64,000 nt of DNA from Acidimicrobiales bacterium (GTDB lineage Bacteria; Actinomycetota; Acidimicrobiia; Acidimicrobiales; SZUA-35). Below, piece by piece: positions 43,951 through 53,920 of the stretch (the first letter of the stretch is position 1; each line of letters begins with the position of its first letter). The notes beneath the pieces were generated by a model. That model had not been told where the DNA came from and ran no database searches. It saw only the letters and a list, made by a program, of their open reading frames with translations. A program made the translations under genes and the position numbers. Where the stretch lies: contig JBLINY010000014.1 in the NCBI GenBank assembly GCA_047638695.1, positions 1,488 through 65,487 of the forward strand, read 5' to 3'.

Positions 43951-44991
43951 TTAACCAGCGAAACCAGTGAAGGGGGAATCGATGGAGCGAAGCTCGTCAA
44001 CCAGATCAGGCGGGAGTCCACCCGTAGTGTTCAACCCGGCCGAGGCCGCGACGGCATCGGTGACACCGCTGAAACGTTCGGTCACGGCGGCGACAAGCTC
44101 GTCGTGTCGGCCGACGGCGGCGAAGAGCCGAACGACGTCATCGCTCACTTCTGCCGCCATCTGATCCCACCCATCATTACGGGACAAGTGATTGAGCTTT
44201 TGGCCGAGCTCCTCGAGCCCATGCTCATCGAACACTGGCCAGTAGGCCCGAGTCGAGCCGTAGAAACCAATGCGGTAGCGCACCCACTCAAACATCTCGG
44301 CGACTTCTTCGTCGGTGGCGCCGGTGGCGATGAACCCACCGCCCGAGATCTCGAAATTCTCCCGCTTGCGGCCCGTCTTGGCCATGCCTTCCTCCACCCG
44401 GGGCAGGATCTGATTCTCCTGGTAGGCCCGGGTGCAGAACGGGTGGAGGCTGACTCCGTCGCACGCCTCACCTGACAATCGCAGCATCGCTGGGCCGACG
44501 GCGGAGATTTTGATGGCTGGCGGAGGCGACTCGAGAGCCGCGGGTATGAAGTTCGGCGTCATCAACGAGAAGTTGTAGTGCTCGCCCTTGACATCGAGCT
44601 TCTCGCCCGTTTCCCACGTTCTCCAGATAGCTCGCACGGCGTTGACGTATTCGCGCATGCGCGGCGCTGGTGCCGACCACGGAGTCGAGAATCGGCGTTC
44701 GTTGTGGGCTTTCACTTGCGACCCGAGGCCGAGGACGAAGCGGCCCTTGGAGGCAGCTTGAATGTCCCAACCCATGTTGGCGGTCATCATCGGGCTACGA
44801 GGGAAGGCGATAGCGACACCCGTTTCGAGCGACAGCTTCGAGCTGTGCACGGCGGCTATGGCAAGAGGTAAGAACGGGTTGTGGGCGTTCTCGGCCACGG
44901 TGACGCCGTCGTAGCCGGCCGCCTCGATGGCGGCAATTGTCTGGGGAACCGAGACAAGATCGTTGTTGGGTAGGCCGGTGAGGACTCGCAC
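43951..44991 (-). CDS. LLM-class F420-dependent oxidoreductase
   Basis: 346 aa. ...YDGVTVAENAHNPFLPLAIAAVHSSKLSLETGVAIAFPRSPMMTA...RFVLGLGSQVKAHNERRF... Confidence 0.85.
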   Translation of the reverse strand: MRVLTGLPNNDLVSVPQTIAAIEAAGYDGVTVAENAHNPFLPLAIAAVHSSKLSLETGVAIAFPRSPMMTANMGWDIQAASKGRFVLGLGSQVKAHNERRFSTPWSAPAPRMREYVNAVRAIWRTWETGEKLDVKGEHYNFSLMTPNFIPAALESPPPAIKISAVGPAMLRLSGEACDGVSLHPFCTRAYQENQILPRVEEGMAKTGRKRENFEISGGGFIATGATDEEVAEMFEWVRYRIGFYGSTRAYWPVFDEHGLEELGQKLNHLSRNDGWDQMAAEVSDDVVRLFAAVGRHDELVAAVTERFSGVTDAVAASAGLNTTGGLPPDLVDELRSIDSPFTGFAG

Positions 44992-45025
44992 GAAGGCGAA
45001 TCTAGATCGTTCAACCCGTTCTTAC

Positions 45026-46531
45026 TTAGGCGGTGGTCACTGCACGGGTGGGCGCTGGGGCTGGAACCGGGTCGGGTGCGGTGGTCTCGACCGCTCGGTC
45101 GTTGACCGATTGCGAGCGGATCATCAATGCACATGCAAGGCTACCGATCGCGATTAATCCGCCGAAGCCGTAGGTGGTGGCGAACCGTGTTGGGGTTGCT
45201 GAAGCCGTATCGCCGAGCAGCACGCTCATGGTCTGGATGCCGCACACGATGCCGATCATGGTCATTTGCTGATTCATACCAACGGCGATGCCCATGTCGC
45301 TCTTATCAACGCTGCCGACCATGGTGGCGGCGACCGACGGCATGGAAACACCGGAGGCGACACCCGACAGCACCAGGCCGGCGGCGATGAGGCCGATGCC
45401 GTTCAACGATGTGAGGAACGAGGCTCCCGTGAAGGCGACCATGGAAGCAATCATCAAAAGCGTTCCCATGACGATTGGTGGCCGAAGGCCAAGGACCGAC
45501 GGTGCTTTCCCGCCCAGAATTGATGCCAGGCTGAACGCCAGCGGTCGGAACGCGATCAAGAGGGCAGCCGCGCCAACAGTCCAGCCGTAGCCCTTGTCGA
45601 GAAGTCGGGGGGTGACGACGAAGCCCCCCATGTAGGCGAACTGCATCAGCGCGGCTGCCACCATTGGCAGGGTGAAGTTGCGTCGACCGAAGTAGGCGAG
45701 CTTCAGAAGCGGTGCCTCCGAGCGGCGCTCGGCGACGATGAATAGCCGAACGCCGACTCCGCACAACAGGGCGAGGCCCAGGGCCACGGGGTTCGAAAAT
45801 GCAGAACCCCATCCATCGGTTCGATAGCTGCCGAGAAAGCTCGTGATCGTCAGCAAACCAGCGAGTACCGCCAGTGCCAGGGTGGCAGCGCCCAGCAGGT
45901 CCAGCTTGACATCGTCCTGGGTTGGGGTTGGTCGGGCAACGAACCAGGCAACGACCAGGGCCAGAGCACTGACGGCTGCGAATCCGGCGAAGACCGGCCG
46001 CCAACCCTGAGAGTCGATGAGTGGACCGCTGACAACAACACCGATGACGGGTGAGCCGGTCATGGCGAAGTTGAACCAGCCGAGGGCGGTGGCCCGTCGT
46101 TCCACGCCATAGGCATGAATCATGAGCGACATTGCGTTGGGATTGACTAAGCCGCCGAAGACACCAAAGAGGACCCGGAAAGCAATGAGCGACGGAGCGT
46201 CCCATGCCAATGAACAGAGCACCGTGGTGACGACGCCGCCGGCCAAGCCGATGAGCAGCATCGGACGGTTGCCGTAGAGATCGCCGAGCTTGCCGCCGAT
46301 TGGTGTGGTCACCGCGACGGCAACCATAAGCCCGGTGATGGTCCACGTGATGGTCGACACGCTCGAGTTGAGGTCGGTGGCGATGAGGTCGAGGGAGACG
46401 GTGACGATCGTCATCAACGAGCCGAACGCCATCACCGACAGCATGATCACCAACAACAACATGCGCTGATAGCGCTGCTGGTCGGGGGCAAGCTGCTCTC
46501 GCGGATCATCGAGCGTGGTGATTTGTTTCAT
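45026..46531 (-). CDS. MFS transporter (14-TMS, DHA2/EmrB-like)
   Basis: 501 aa. GKLGDLYGNRPMLLIGL motif, with 14 hydrophobic segments by eye. Confidence 0.85.
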   Translation of the reverse strand: MKQITTLDDPREQLAPDQQRYQRMLLLVIMLSVMAFGSLMTIVTVSLDLIATDLNSSVSTITWTITGLMVAVAVTTPIGGKLGDLYGNRPMLLIGLAGGVVTTVLCSLAWDAPSLIAFRVLFGVFGGLVNPNAMSLMIHAYGVERRATALGWFNFAMTGSPVIGVVVSGPLIDSQGWRPVFAGFAAVSALALVVAWFVARPTPTQDDVKLDLLGAATLALAVLAGLLTITSFLGSYRTDGWGSAFSNPVALGLALLCGVGVRLFIVAERRSEAPLLKLAYFGRRNFTLPMVAAALMQFAYMGGFVVTPRLLDKGYGWTVGAAALLIAFRPLAFSLASILGGKAPSVLGLRPPIVMGTLLMIASMVAFTGASFLTSLNGIGLIAAGLVLSGVASGVSMPSVAATMVGSVDKSDMGIAVGMNQQMTMIGIVCGIQTMSVLLGDTASATPTRFATTYGFGGLIAIGSLACALMIRSQSVNDRAVETTAPDPVPAPAPTRAVTTA

Positions 46532-46603
46532 GGATGACGTAGGAGTCGCACGCTGTGTCCGAGCGCAGGTGTCTCGAATAGTACGAAGGCCTAAGTAACG
46601 AGC

Positions 46604-47473
46604 CTACTGGGTTCGCTGCGCGTCGAGTTGTAATGGCGTCTCGACCAGACTCTGCAACACTCGGCCGACGGGGCCGTGGTCGTCGTACAGGGTGGCAGCC
46701 ATGAGAGCGACACCGTTTCCGCCGTGTTCGGCCTGGGAATCGATGGCCAGCCATGGGCCCTCGGGGTTGCGGTGAAGCTGCAACGTGAGGTCAGGATTGA
46801 TGTAGTTGTTTCCGTTCGGCCCCGGTTCCCATCCCGCCGCCGCCGCTAAGTCAGAGATAGTCGCCGCCATCACGAAGGGTGAGTTCGGCTGGCCGGCGAT
46901 CAGTGGCGAGGTGAGTCGCAACCAGGTGGTACCCGGCCCCGCATCTTCGTGCGAGCCGGCAACGTAGCGAAGCTCGGAGGCATCGCAGTTGAACCCCGGG
47001 TCGGGATAGGTGAACTCGGTGTGGAGCCGAGGGTCGGAAATTTCCGTTGGGCGGGGCGGGGCTTCGCTAGAGATGGTGGGGGTGTCGGCGATGGTGGGGG
47101 TGTCGGCGATGGTGGGGGTGTCGGCGATGCTGAGCCACTGGGATGTTGATCGCGCCACGCGGGTTCCCTCATGGGAGATCTCGGCATCAACAATCATCGA
47201 TCGTCTGCCTGGCTTGACGATGGTGGCCGCCACGTCCAACTCGGCCAGCGGGACGGCTCGAAGCATTTCAACCGTTAGTCGTGAACAGACAAAAGCCGAG
47301 TGCGGATCGACGCTCTGTGCCGCTTGTTCGGTTGTCCAAGCCAGCAGGCCGACGACGGGCCCACCATGAAGGGTCTCGAGACTCCAGGGTCCACGGCAGT
47401 AGTCGGTCGCACGAACTCGCGCACCGGTTGAGGAAGCTGAACCGACCTGATGAAAGAGGGCATTGTCGTCCAT
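46604..47473 (-). CDS. Acyl-CoA thioesterase-II-like (double hotdog) thioesterase family protein
   Basis: 289 aa. ...CRGPWSLETLHGGPVVGLLAW...TIVKPGRRSMIVDAEISHEG... and a second hotdog half. The inter-domain linker carries an in-frame 18-bp x3 repeat. Confidence 0.7.
   Translation of the reverse strand: MDDNALFHQVGSASSTGARVRATDYCRGPWSLETLHGGPVVGLLAWTTEQAAQSVDPHSAFVCSRLTVEMLRAVPLAELDVAATIVKPGRRSMIVDAEISHEGTRVARSTSQWLSIADTPTIADTPTIADTPTISSEAPPRPTEISDPRLHTEFTYPDPGFNCDASELRYVAGSHEDAGPGTTWLRLTSPLIAGQPNSPFVMAATISDLAAAAGWEPGPNGNNYINPDLTLQLHRNPEGPWLAIDSQAEHGGNGVALMAATLYDDHGPVGRVLQSLVETPLQLDAQRTQ
47073..47126. repeat. Perfect 18-bp tandem repeat x3 (atggtgggggtgtcggcg)
   Basis: Read directly. On the minus strand it encodes ADTPTI x3 inside the thioesterase gene. 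Confidence 0.95.
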
Positions 47474-47492
47474 AGCAAGTGTGTACCGCGAC

Positions 47493-49016
47493 TTAGAGCC
47501 CGTACCGAGCCGGTTCGGTACGGAGCCACTCCCCCACCCGTTCGCCGATCATGATCGACGTGAGGTTCGTGTTGGCCCGCGGAACCGTTGGCATGATCGA
47601 GGCATCGGCAACGACCAGCTGCTCGACCGTATGGCACCGACCGTATTGATCGACCACATTCATAGGATCGTCGGACGGTCCCATGCGGGCCGTGCCGCAG
47701 GGGTGATAGCCGGAGGCAGAAACTCGTCGGGCCAACTGCTCGAGATCGGCTCGATTCTGTCGGCCGGCATCGGGAAATCGAACGCGACTGATGAATTCGT
47801 TGAGGGGTGCGGTCTTGCTGACCTCGAGCGCGTCTTCCAACGCGTTGACGTGTCGTTCGATGTCCCGGTCGTTCTCACCGAAGTGCTGGGTGATGTGCGG
47901 CGGGGCGAACGGGTCGGCCGATGTTTGCCGGATCTCGCCCCGCCCGTCGACCTGTTCGAGGCTTGGCACCAGCATGAAGAGTGGGCCGTCGTCACGCCGC
48001 CCAGCTCGCGTCATCAGCTCGATGTTCACATCCATCGGCCGATCACTACCCCGGCTCGTATACCGGCAGATGGTCTGCACCAGCGGGAGGTCGGTTGCGC
48101 AGAACTCCGGAAACACGGGTTCGAGCAAAATGAACAGGGCTGGATGATCGGCCAGGTTGGCGCCGACACCCGGCGCGATGGCGATTGGGTCGATGCCGAG
48201 ATGGTCGAGCTCCGTCTTGTCTCCGATGCCTGAGCGCACGAGAAGACCTGGCGTGTGTACAGCTCCCGTCGCCAACACGATCAGGTTGCCGTCGAGACGC
48301 TCGCCTTCGGCTGTTTCGATGGCTACTGCCCTGCCGTTGTCGACCACCACCCGGTTGGTTGTCGTGTCGGGTTGGATATCGAGATTCTCGCGGTGACGTG
48401 CGGCCGACAGATAACCAATGGCGGTAGAGATACGTAGCCGACCGAGCTTGTTCATTGCCATTGGGCCGACGCCAACAGCATCGGGTGCGTTCACGTCGTC
48501 ACACGGGGGGAATCCGAACGCCTTTGCCGCTTCGATGAAGGCGGCCTGGGTTGGAACCAACTCGTCGTCTGTCCAACGCCGAATCGAGATGGGTCCGGCA
48601 TCGCCGTGGTAGCTCTGACTACCGAAGTCGAGATCTCGTTCGAGCCGATTGAAAGCGGGCAGCACCTTCTCCCAAGCCCACTCGGGATTGCCAAGCTCGG
48701 CCCAATGGTCGTAGTCGGCGGGTATCCCGCGTAGAGCGATCGTGGTGTTCACCGCGGTCGAGCCGCCGGTTACTCGACCTCGAGGAAACGGATCGTTTCG
48801 GTTGGCAACGGAGGTATGGCTCAGGCCCCAGTCGTGATCGACGTAGGAGTTGTCATGTCCATCGCGCAGATCGTTTGGTAGGTCGGCCGCCAGCGGGTAG
48901 TCGGGCCCGGCATCGACCAGCAGCACCGAGCGGCCGGCGTCTTCGCTGGCTCGAGCAGCCATGGCGGCCCCCGCTGCTCCGGCTCCCACGATGATGATGT
49001 CCCAGCGTTTCGACAC
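47493..49016 (-). CDS. GMC-family oxidoreductase (choline-dehydrogenase-like flavoprotein)
   Basis: GTG at 49016 (VSKRWDIIIVGAGAAGAAMAARASED...LLVDAGPD). The C-terminus reads ...SASGYHPCGTARMG...VVADASIMPTVPRANTNL. The upstream part of the track ORF was rejected. Confidence 0.85.
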   Translation of the reverse strand: MSKRWDIIIVGAGAAGAAMAARASEDAGRSVLLVDAGPDYPLAADLPNDLRDGHDNSYVDHDWGLSHTSVANRNDPFPRGRVTGGSTAVNTTIALRGIPADYDHWAELGNPEWAWEKVLPAFNRLERDLDFGSQSYHGDAGPISIRRWTDDELVPTQAAFIEAAKAFGFPPCDDVNAPDAVGVGPMAMNKLGRLRISTAIGYLSAARHRENLDIQPDTTTNRVVVDNGRAVAIETAEGERLDGNLIVLATGAVHTPGLLVRSGIGDKTELDHLGIDPIAIAPGVGANLADHPALFILLEPVFPEFCATDLPLVQTICRYTSRGSDRPMDVNIELMTRAGRRDDGPLFMLVPSLEQVDGRGEIRQTSADPFAPPHITQHFGENDRDIERHVNALEDALEVSKTAPLNEFISRVRFPDAGRQNRADLEQLARRVSASGYHPCGTARMGPSDDPMNVVDQYGRCHTVEQLVVADASIMPTVPRANTNLTSIMIGERVGEWLRTEPARYGL

Positions 49017-49100
49017 AGATACCCGATTCTTCGGTCGGCGGCATGCACGTGCGGCCAATTGTCCTTCGGCAGGCCCCCCGCGGCCAACTAACCTCCCCGC

Positions 49101-50576
49101 ATGGCAGATCTTGTGATTCGGAACGCCACGGTTATCGATGGAACGGGGTCGCCCGGGTTCGAAGCCGACGTCGCGGTGTCGGGCGATCGGATCGAGGCCG
49201 TTGGTTCGGGTGTTGGCCACGGCAACCAGGTCATCGACGCCGACGGCATGGTGCTGGCGCCCGGATTCGTTGATGTGCACACCCACGACGACGGTGCCCT
49301 ATTGCGATACCCCGGGATGGAGTTCAAGTTGGCGCAGGGCTGCACCAGCCTGGTCATCGGCAATTGTGGTTTCAGCGCCGCGCCTGCACAACCCGGAGAA
49401 CCCGAGCCGGGTGGTCTCATCGGCGTCAGTCCAACCTGGAGTGACATGGCGGGCTTCGCCTCAGCGGTCGAGGCGGTGAATCCATCGGTTAACGCGGTGG
49501 CCCTGGTCGGACACAACACGATTCGCAGCCTCGTGATGGGCCCCCTTGATGCGGCCGAGGAACGGCGGGAACCAACCGCGGCTGAACTCGAGACGATGAA
49601 GGGCCATGTGCGAGCGGCAATGGAGCAGGGTGCCTGCGGTTTCTCGACTGGCCTCATCTACCGGCCAGGGCGTTTCAGTCAGACCGACGAGGTCATCGCC
49701 CTCGCATCAGAATCCGCCGCCTTGGGTGGCATCTATGCCACCCACATGCGCAACGAGGGCGATCGCTTGCTTGAAGCTGTCGACGAGGCCATTCAGATCG
49801 GTCGTGCAGCCGATCTCCCGGTGCAGATTTCCCACCACAAATCGGCCGGTCGTCGCAATTGGGGGAAGATCGGCCAGTCGCTGGCGAAGGTTGATGAGGC
49901 CAACGCAGCTGGCGCCGACATCACGCTCGACGTCTATCCCTATACCGCCGGTAGCGGTCCGATGGCGCAGTACTTCGATATCGAGAACATCGATCCCGTG
50001 CTGGCCGAGGTCATTCGTTTCGCCAGTTGCCCGGCCTTTCGCCAGTACGAGGGTCGCATGGCCGTGGATGTCGCGGCCGACCTCGGCGTACCGGTGACCC
50101 AGCTGATCCATGACGTGCTGGTCGCGCCCGAGGGCGACCGCACGGTGTGCATCCAGTTCATTATCGATGAGGTCGACGTCGAGGAGAACCTCCGGCATCC
50201 GCTCATGATGGTTGGCTCCGACGGCATTCCCGACCTCGGTGGCCGGCCTCACCCCCGCTTGTTCGGAACGTTCCCGAAGGTGCTTGGTCACTATGTCCGC
50301 GAGCGGGGCATTCTGTCGCTCGAAGAGGCGATTCGGCGTATGACGAGCCTGTCAGCTGATCGCTTCGGCCTCGTCGACCGAGGCAGAGTGGCCGAAGGCC
50401 AGTTCGCCGATCTGGTGCTGTTCGACCCGTCGACGATTGTCGATACTGCTACCTACGACGACCCGAAGCAGGAGCCCACCGGCATTGAGATGGTCGTTGT
50501 TAACGGTGCCGTCGCCCTGCGTCGTGGCACCCATACCGGTGTCGGCCGGGGTCGCATGCTTGCGTACGGCGTCTGA
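49101..50576 (+). CDS. N-acyl-D-amino-acid deacylase (D-aminoacylase) family amidohydrolase
   Basis: 491 aa. LVIRNATVIDGTGSPGFEADVAVSGDRI...APGFVDVHTHDD, YATHMRNEG, ISHHK, and MVGSDG. Confidence 0.85.
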   Translation: MADLVIRNATVIDGTGSPGFEADVAVSGDRIEAVGSGVGHGNQVIDADGMVLAPGFVDVHTHDDGALLRYPGMEFKLAQGCTSLVIGNCGFSAAPAQPGEPEPGGLIGVSPTWSDMAGFASAVEAVNPSVNAVALVGHNTIRSLVMGPLDAAEERREPTAAELETMKGHVRAAMEQGACGFSTGLIYRPGRFSQTDEVIALASESAALGGIYATHMRNEGDRLLEAVDEAIQIGRAADLPVQISHHKSAGRRNWGKIGQSLAKVDEANAAGADITLDVYPYTAGSGPMAQYFDIENIDPVLAEVIRFASCPAFRQYEGRMAVDVAADLGVPVTQLIHDVLVAPEGDRTVCIQFIIDEVDVEENLRHPLMMVGSDGIPDLGGRPHPRLFGTFPKVLGHYVRERGILSLEEAIRRMTSLSADRFGLVDRGRVAEGQFADLVLFDPSTIVDTATYDDPKQEPTGIEMVVVNGAVALRRGTHTGVGRGRMLAYGV

Positions 50577-50619
50577 ACGAGACGGCACCACAGCAGGACC
50601 GCCAGACAGGTTCGCCAGA

Positions 50620-50704
50620 CGAGATAACCAGTCGAGGCAACCGGTCGAGGCAACCGGTCGAGGCAACCAGTCGAGATAACCGGTCGAGGCAACCAGTCGA
50701 GGAG
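50620..50704. repeat. 13-bp tandem repeat cgag(gc/at)aacc(g/a)gt x6 plus a 7-nt partial unit
   Basis: Read directly. It fills the convergent intergenic gap and abuts the TAA of the MFS gene at 50705. A 13-nt unit is not a multiple of 3, so it is non-coding. Confidence 0.9.
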
Positions 50705-51871
50705 TTACTGCCGCGCAGCGGACGAAGCTCCTGGGACGAACCAAATCAGAACGACGGCGACGGCTGAAGTTGTTGCCACTGCGCCATAAAGAAAGTTGAA
50801 GCCGAGCGCAGAGTCGCCAATGGCGCCGGCGGCCAGAGGCCCGAGCACGAGCGACACGCCGTAAAGAAGGGTGAGCACACCGAGAGCGTTCGAGAAGGCC
50901 CGGTCGCTGACGTGGTCGCGCAACGTCGCGCTGACCAGGACGGGAAAGGCAAAGGATGAGCTCCCGTTAAGGATTACCGACATCGAGGCGAATGGCTCGG
51001 CTCCGGGCAGGACCAACAACGAGGCCAGACCCATCATGGCCATAGCCGCAATCAGCACTGGTTTGCGGCCTACCTTGTCCGAGATTCGGCCCAGGCTGAC
51101 GGCACCGAAGATGGCCGAAACACCGATCAGCGAATACAGGGTGGCGACGTGCGCTTCGCTGAATCCATCCGCGGTCAGTTTGGCCCCCAGGAATGGCGAG
51201 TAGCCCGAGATCATGAGGCCGAAGAGCACATAAGCCAACGTCAGCGGAACCCATCCCCTCACCTGTCGCAACGCCTGGAAGTTCATCTTCGTATCGGCCC
51301 GCTCGGTTGGTTCGGGTCGCATGAAGACAACAACGAGGGCGAAGACGGTGAACGCGAACATCGACGCCCCCGCCCAGATTGGGCGCCAGGCCATGTCGTT
51401 TTCGCTGATGTTGCGTACGACCCGTACGCACTGACCAACGATCACCAGGCCGAAGCCGATGGACGACGACATGAAGCCCATCACCGTTCCCCGCTTTTCG
51501 GCGCTGACCGCGCCGGTGGCGATGGCCGGCACGGACAGCCAGATGCCGGCGCTTCCAAGCCCAGCCATGGCCAGGCCGGCCGCCAACATCCAGAACTGAT
51601 CGGCGACGGTGAGAAACAAGAACGCTCCACCGCACACCCACAGGCCGGTGAGCAGTGCAACCAAAGGTTCGATACGGCCTGCCACCTTGGTCATCACGGC
51701 CACGCCGAGCATGTACCCGCTGAAGGTGGCCGTCGCGCCCAAACCGGCCTGTTGGTTCGATCCGCCGAGCAGATCGTCCCGAATGCCGGTGAGCATGACT
51801 TGGTACGCCGTGCGCGACAGGGTGTGACTCACCATCACGCACAGCGCAGCCAGTGCAATCGTGCGTTTCAT
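50705..51871 (-). CDS. MFS transporter (12-TMS)
   Basis: 388 aa, hydrophobic throughout, with a GRISDKVGRKPVL loop motif. Confidence 0.8.
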   Translation of the reverse strand: MKRTIALAALCVMVSHTLSRTAYQVMLTGIRDDLLGGSNQQAGLGATATFSGYMLGVAVMTKVAGRIEPLVALLTGLWVCGGAFLFLTVADQFWMLAAGLAMAGLGSAGIWLSVPAIATGAVSAEKRGTVMGFMSSSIGFGLVIVGQCVRVVRNISENDMAWRPIWAGASMFAFTVFALVVVFMRPEPTERADTKMNFQALRQVRGWVPLTLAYVLFGLMISGYSPFLGAKLTADGFSEAHVATLYSLIGVSAIFGAVSLGRISDKVGRKPVLIAAMAMMGLASLLVLPGAEPFASMSVILNGSSSFAFPVLVSATLRDHVSDRAFSNALGVLTLLYGVSLVLGPLAAGAIGDSALGFNFLYGAVATTSAVAVVLIWFVPGASSAARQ

Positions 51872-51935
51872 CTCATTCGACCGGTCATCGTTTTCGACCG
51901 GTCAAGGCCAGCTCATCGAAGGACTCAAGATGCGC

Positions 51936-52655
51936 TCAAGCGTGCATCCCGCCGTCGACGATGAACTCCTGGCCGGTGCAGTAACTGCTGTCATCCGACG
52001 CCAGGAACAACACCATTCGGCCAACCTCGGCCGGATCGGCCTCGCGCCCAAGGGGAACAGCCCGCAGCATGCGTTCCTTAGGGAAATCGGCCGTCATGTC
52101 GGTGTTGATGATGCCGGGGTGGACCGAGTTCACCCGCACATTGCTTGGCGATAGTTCTTTGGCTGCAACCTTGGTCATGCCCCGTACGGCAAACTTCGAT
52201 GCGCTGTAGGCCATTGAACCGAAGACACCCTCGAGGCCAGCCACCGACGAGATGTTCACGATCGATCCAGCGCCTTGTTCGATCATCGCTGGTGCCACGG
52301 CCCGCATCCCGAGGAAGACGCCGGTCTGGTTGATGGCGATCACGCGGTTCCAGTCCTCGAGCTGGTAGTTCACCAAGCGTGATGCGTGCAGGATGCCGGC
52401 GTTGTTCACCAGGGCATCGATGCGGCCGTGGCGAGCAATGACGTCGTCGACCATCGAGGTCCAGTCGGCCTCGGAGCTGACGTCGTGGTGAAGGAAGTCG
52501 GCCCCGATTTCACCAGCCGTCTTCTCGCCGGCGTCGTCGAGAACATCGGTGAGCACAACAGTGGCTCCAGCATCGACGAACAATTGCCCTTCGGAAGCAC
52601 CCTGGCCTCGGGCTCCTCCGGTGATGATGACGACTCGATTAGACATGTCTGGCAT
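51936..52655 (-). CDS. SDR-family oxidoreductase (3-alpha/20-beta-hydroxysteroid-dehydrogenase-like)
   Basis: 239 aa. Motifs ITGGARGQG, NNAGI, and SS...YSASKFAVRG, all intact. Confidence 0.9.
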   Translation of the reverse strand: MPDMSNRVVIITGGARGQGASEGQLFVDAGATVVLTDVLDDAGEKTAGEIGADFLHHDVSSEADWTSMVDDVIARHGRIDALVNNAGILHASRLVNYQLEDWNRVIAINQTGVFLGMRAVAPAMIEQGAGSIVNISSVAGLEGVFGSMAYSASKFAVRGMTKVAAKELSPSNVRVNSVHPGIINTDMTADFPKERMLRAVPLGREADPAEVGRMVLFLASDDSSYCTGQEFIVDGGMHA

Positions 52656-52758
52656 AGCGGCTTCTCCAGGGGTGCGAATGGGTGGATTGAGCGCTGACCG
52701 GGAAGGTGTCTCAGCAGCGATGTCACATACTGTTGCTCAGGGAGGTGCCAATACCAGC

Positions 52759-53901
52759 TCAGAATCCAGGATCATCGGCATCGAGGCCCAGGAGCAGGCG
52801 ACCGGCCGTCTGCTGGTGGTAGGGCGCCACCATTGAGTGGGCGGCCACGGCGCGGGCGTCGTTGACGTGGCGACCCAGCGGACTGCTGGTGAAGTTCGAT
52901 GTCGACCCTGCTTCGGACGCCAGCAGTTCGACGGCAGCGATACACGATGAAACGGCGTGTGTGCAGGCGAGGCGACAACGGGCATGGAGCTCTGCGGTAA
53001 TTGGACGACCGGCGGTGGCGTCGTCCCACAGCTCATCGACCAGTTCTCGAACCCAGGCTCGACTCGACCCGACCAGAGCCTCAGCTCGGGCCATGGCTGC
53101 TTGGGCTGTCGCTCGTTCGCGCAACGTCGACTTGTGATAAAGCGGCTTCTTTGCCCCGGCGAGCTCGGCGAAGTCATCGAGAGCAGCACGCGAAATTCCT
53201 GCGGCCACACCGACTTTCGGGAACGGAAAACGGAGCCCCGATGGGAGCCGATAGAAGGGCGTGTCCGGCTTCGGAAGCCCGAAGCTGGGGTTCTCGCCAG
53301 CCAACTCGGACGGAACGAAGTGCCTTTCGAGAACGACGTCGTTGCTGCCGGTACCTCGTAGCCCGATGGTGTGCCACGTGTCGTCGATCGTGACGTCGGC
53401 GGTCGGGACAAGGACGAAACACAGCATCACCGGTTTGGTGCCGACGACAAGGTTTGCCAGCACCACCCAATCTGAAGCGGTGCAACCGCTGACGAAAGGC
53501 CAGCGACCAGTAATCTCCCACCCGCCGGGAACTTTCGTGGCCCGGCCCTTTGGTACACCCGAGCCCGCGATTACCGCTGTTGGGTTGGCGGCGAAGAACT
53601 CGGTGGCATGACCGGCATCGAGGTAGGCGCTGGTGATTCCCGCTTCCTCGTTGCAGGTCATTGCCGTCCACGCCAGAGATGCATGCACTTGTGCGATCTG
53701 CTCGATGAAATCCATGAACAGATGGGGGTGGACGGCATGGCCGCCATAGTCCGTCGGCACCATCAGCCGCATCAGCCCGGCATCTCCCAACTGCTTCATC
53801 ACCGGCCGAGACGGACGGCGTTCGGTCTCGGCGGCATCGGCTGCGTCGGCGACAGCGGGCAGGATCGGCTCGAGCAGCGCGGTGAGTTCGGCGGTTTCCA
53901 T
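52759..53901 (-). CDS. Acyl-CoA-dehydrogenase-fold protein (possibly a group-D flavin monooxygenase, HsaA/DszC-like)
   Basis: ATG at 53901, preceded by GGGGGAG. ...AWTAMTCNEE...GGWEITGRWPFVSGCTASDW... The track start at 53982 overlaps the upstream gene. Confidence 0.75.
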   Translation of the reverse strand: METAELTALLEPILPAVADAADAAETERRPSRPVMKQLGDAGLMRLMVPTDYGGHAVHPHLFMDFIEQIAQVHASLAWTAMTCNEEAGITSAYLDAGHATEFFAANPTAVIAGSGVPKGRATKVPGGWEITGRWPFVSGCTASDWVVLANLVVGTKPVMLCFVLVPTADVTIDDTWHTIGLRGTGSNDVVLERHFVPSELAGENPSFGLPKPDTPFYRLPSGLRFPFPKVGVAAGISRAALDDFAELAGAKKPLYHKSTLRERATAQAAMARAEALVGSSRAWVRELVDELWDDATAGRPITAELHARCRLACTHAVSSCIAAVELLASEAGSTSNFTSSPLGRHVNDARAVAAHSMVAPYHQQTAGRLLLGLDADDPGF

Positions 53902-53920
53902 TAGCTCTGCTCCCCCATTT

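Noticed and set aside
45306-46346. 346-aa minus-strand ORF in another frame of the MFS transporter gene
   Set aside because: It is extremely Arg/Gly/Pro-rich and out of frame with a convincing 14-TMS transporter on the same strand.
50620-50704. Possible CRISPR array
   Set aside because: The units are 13 bp and directly abutting with no spacers, and there are no cas genes in the window. It is a simple tandem repeat.
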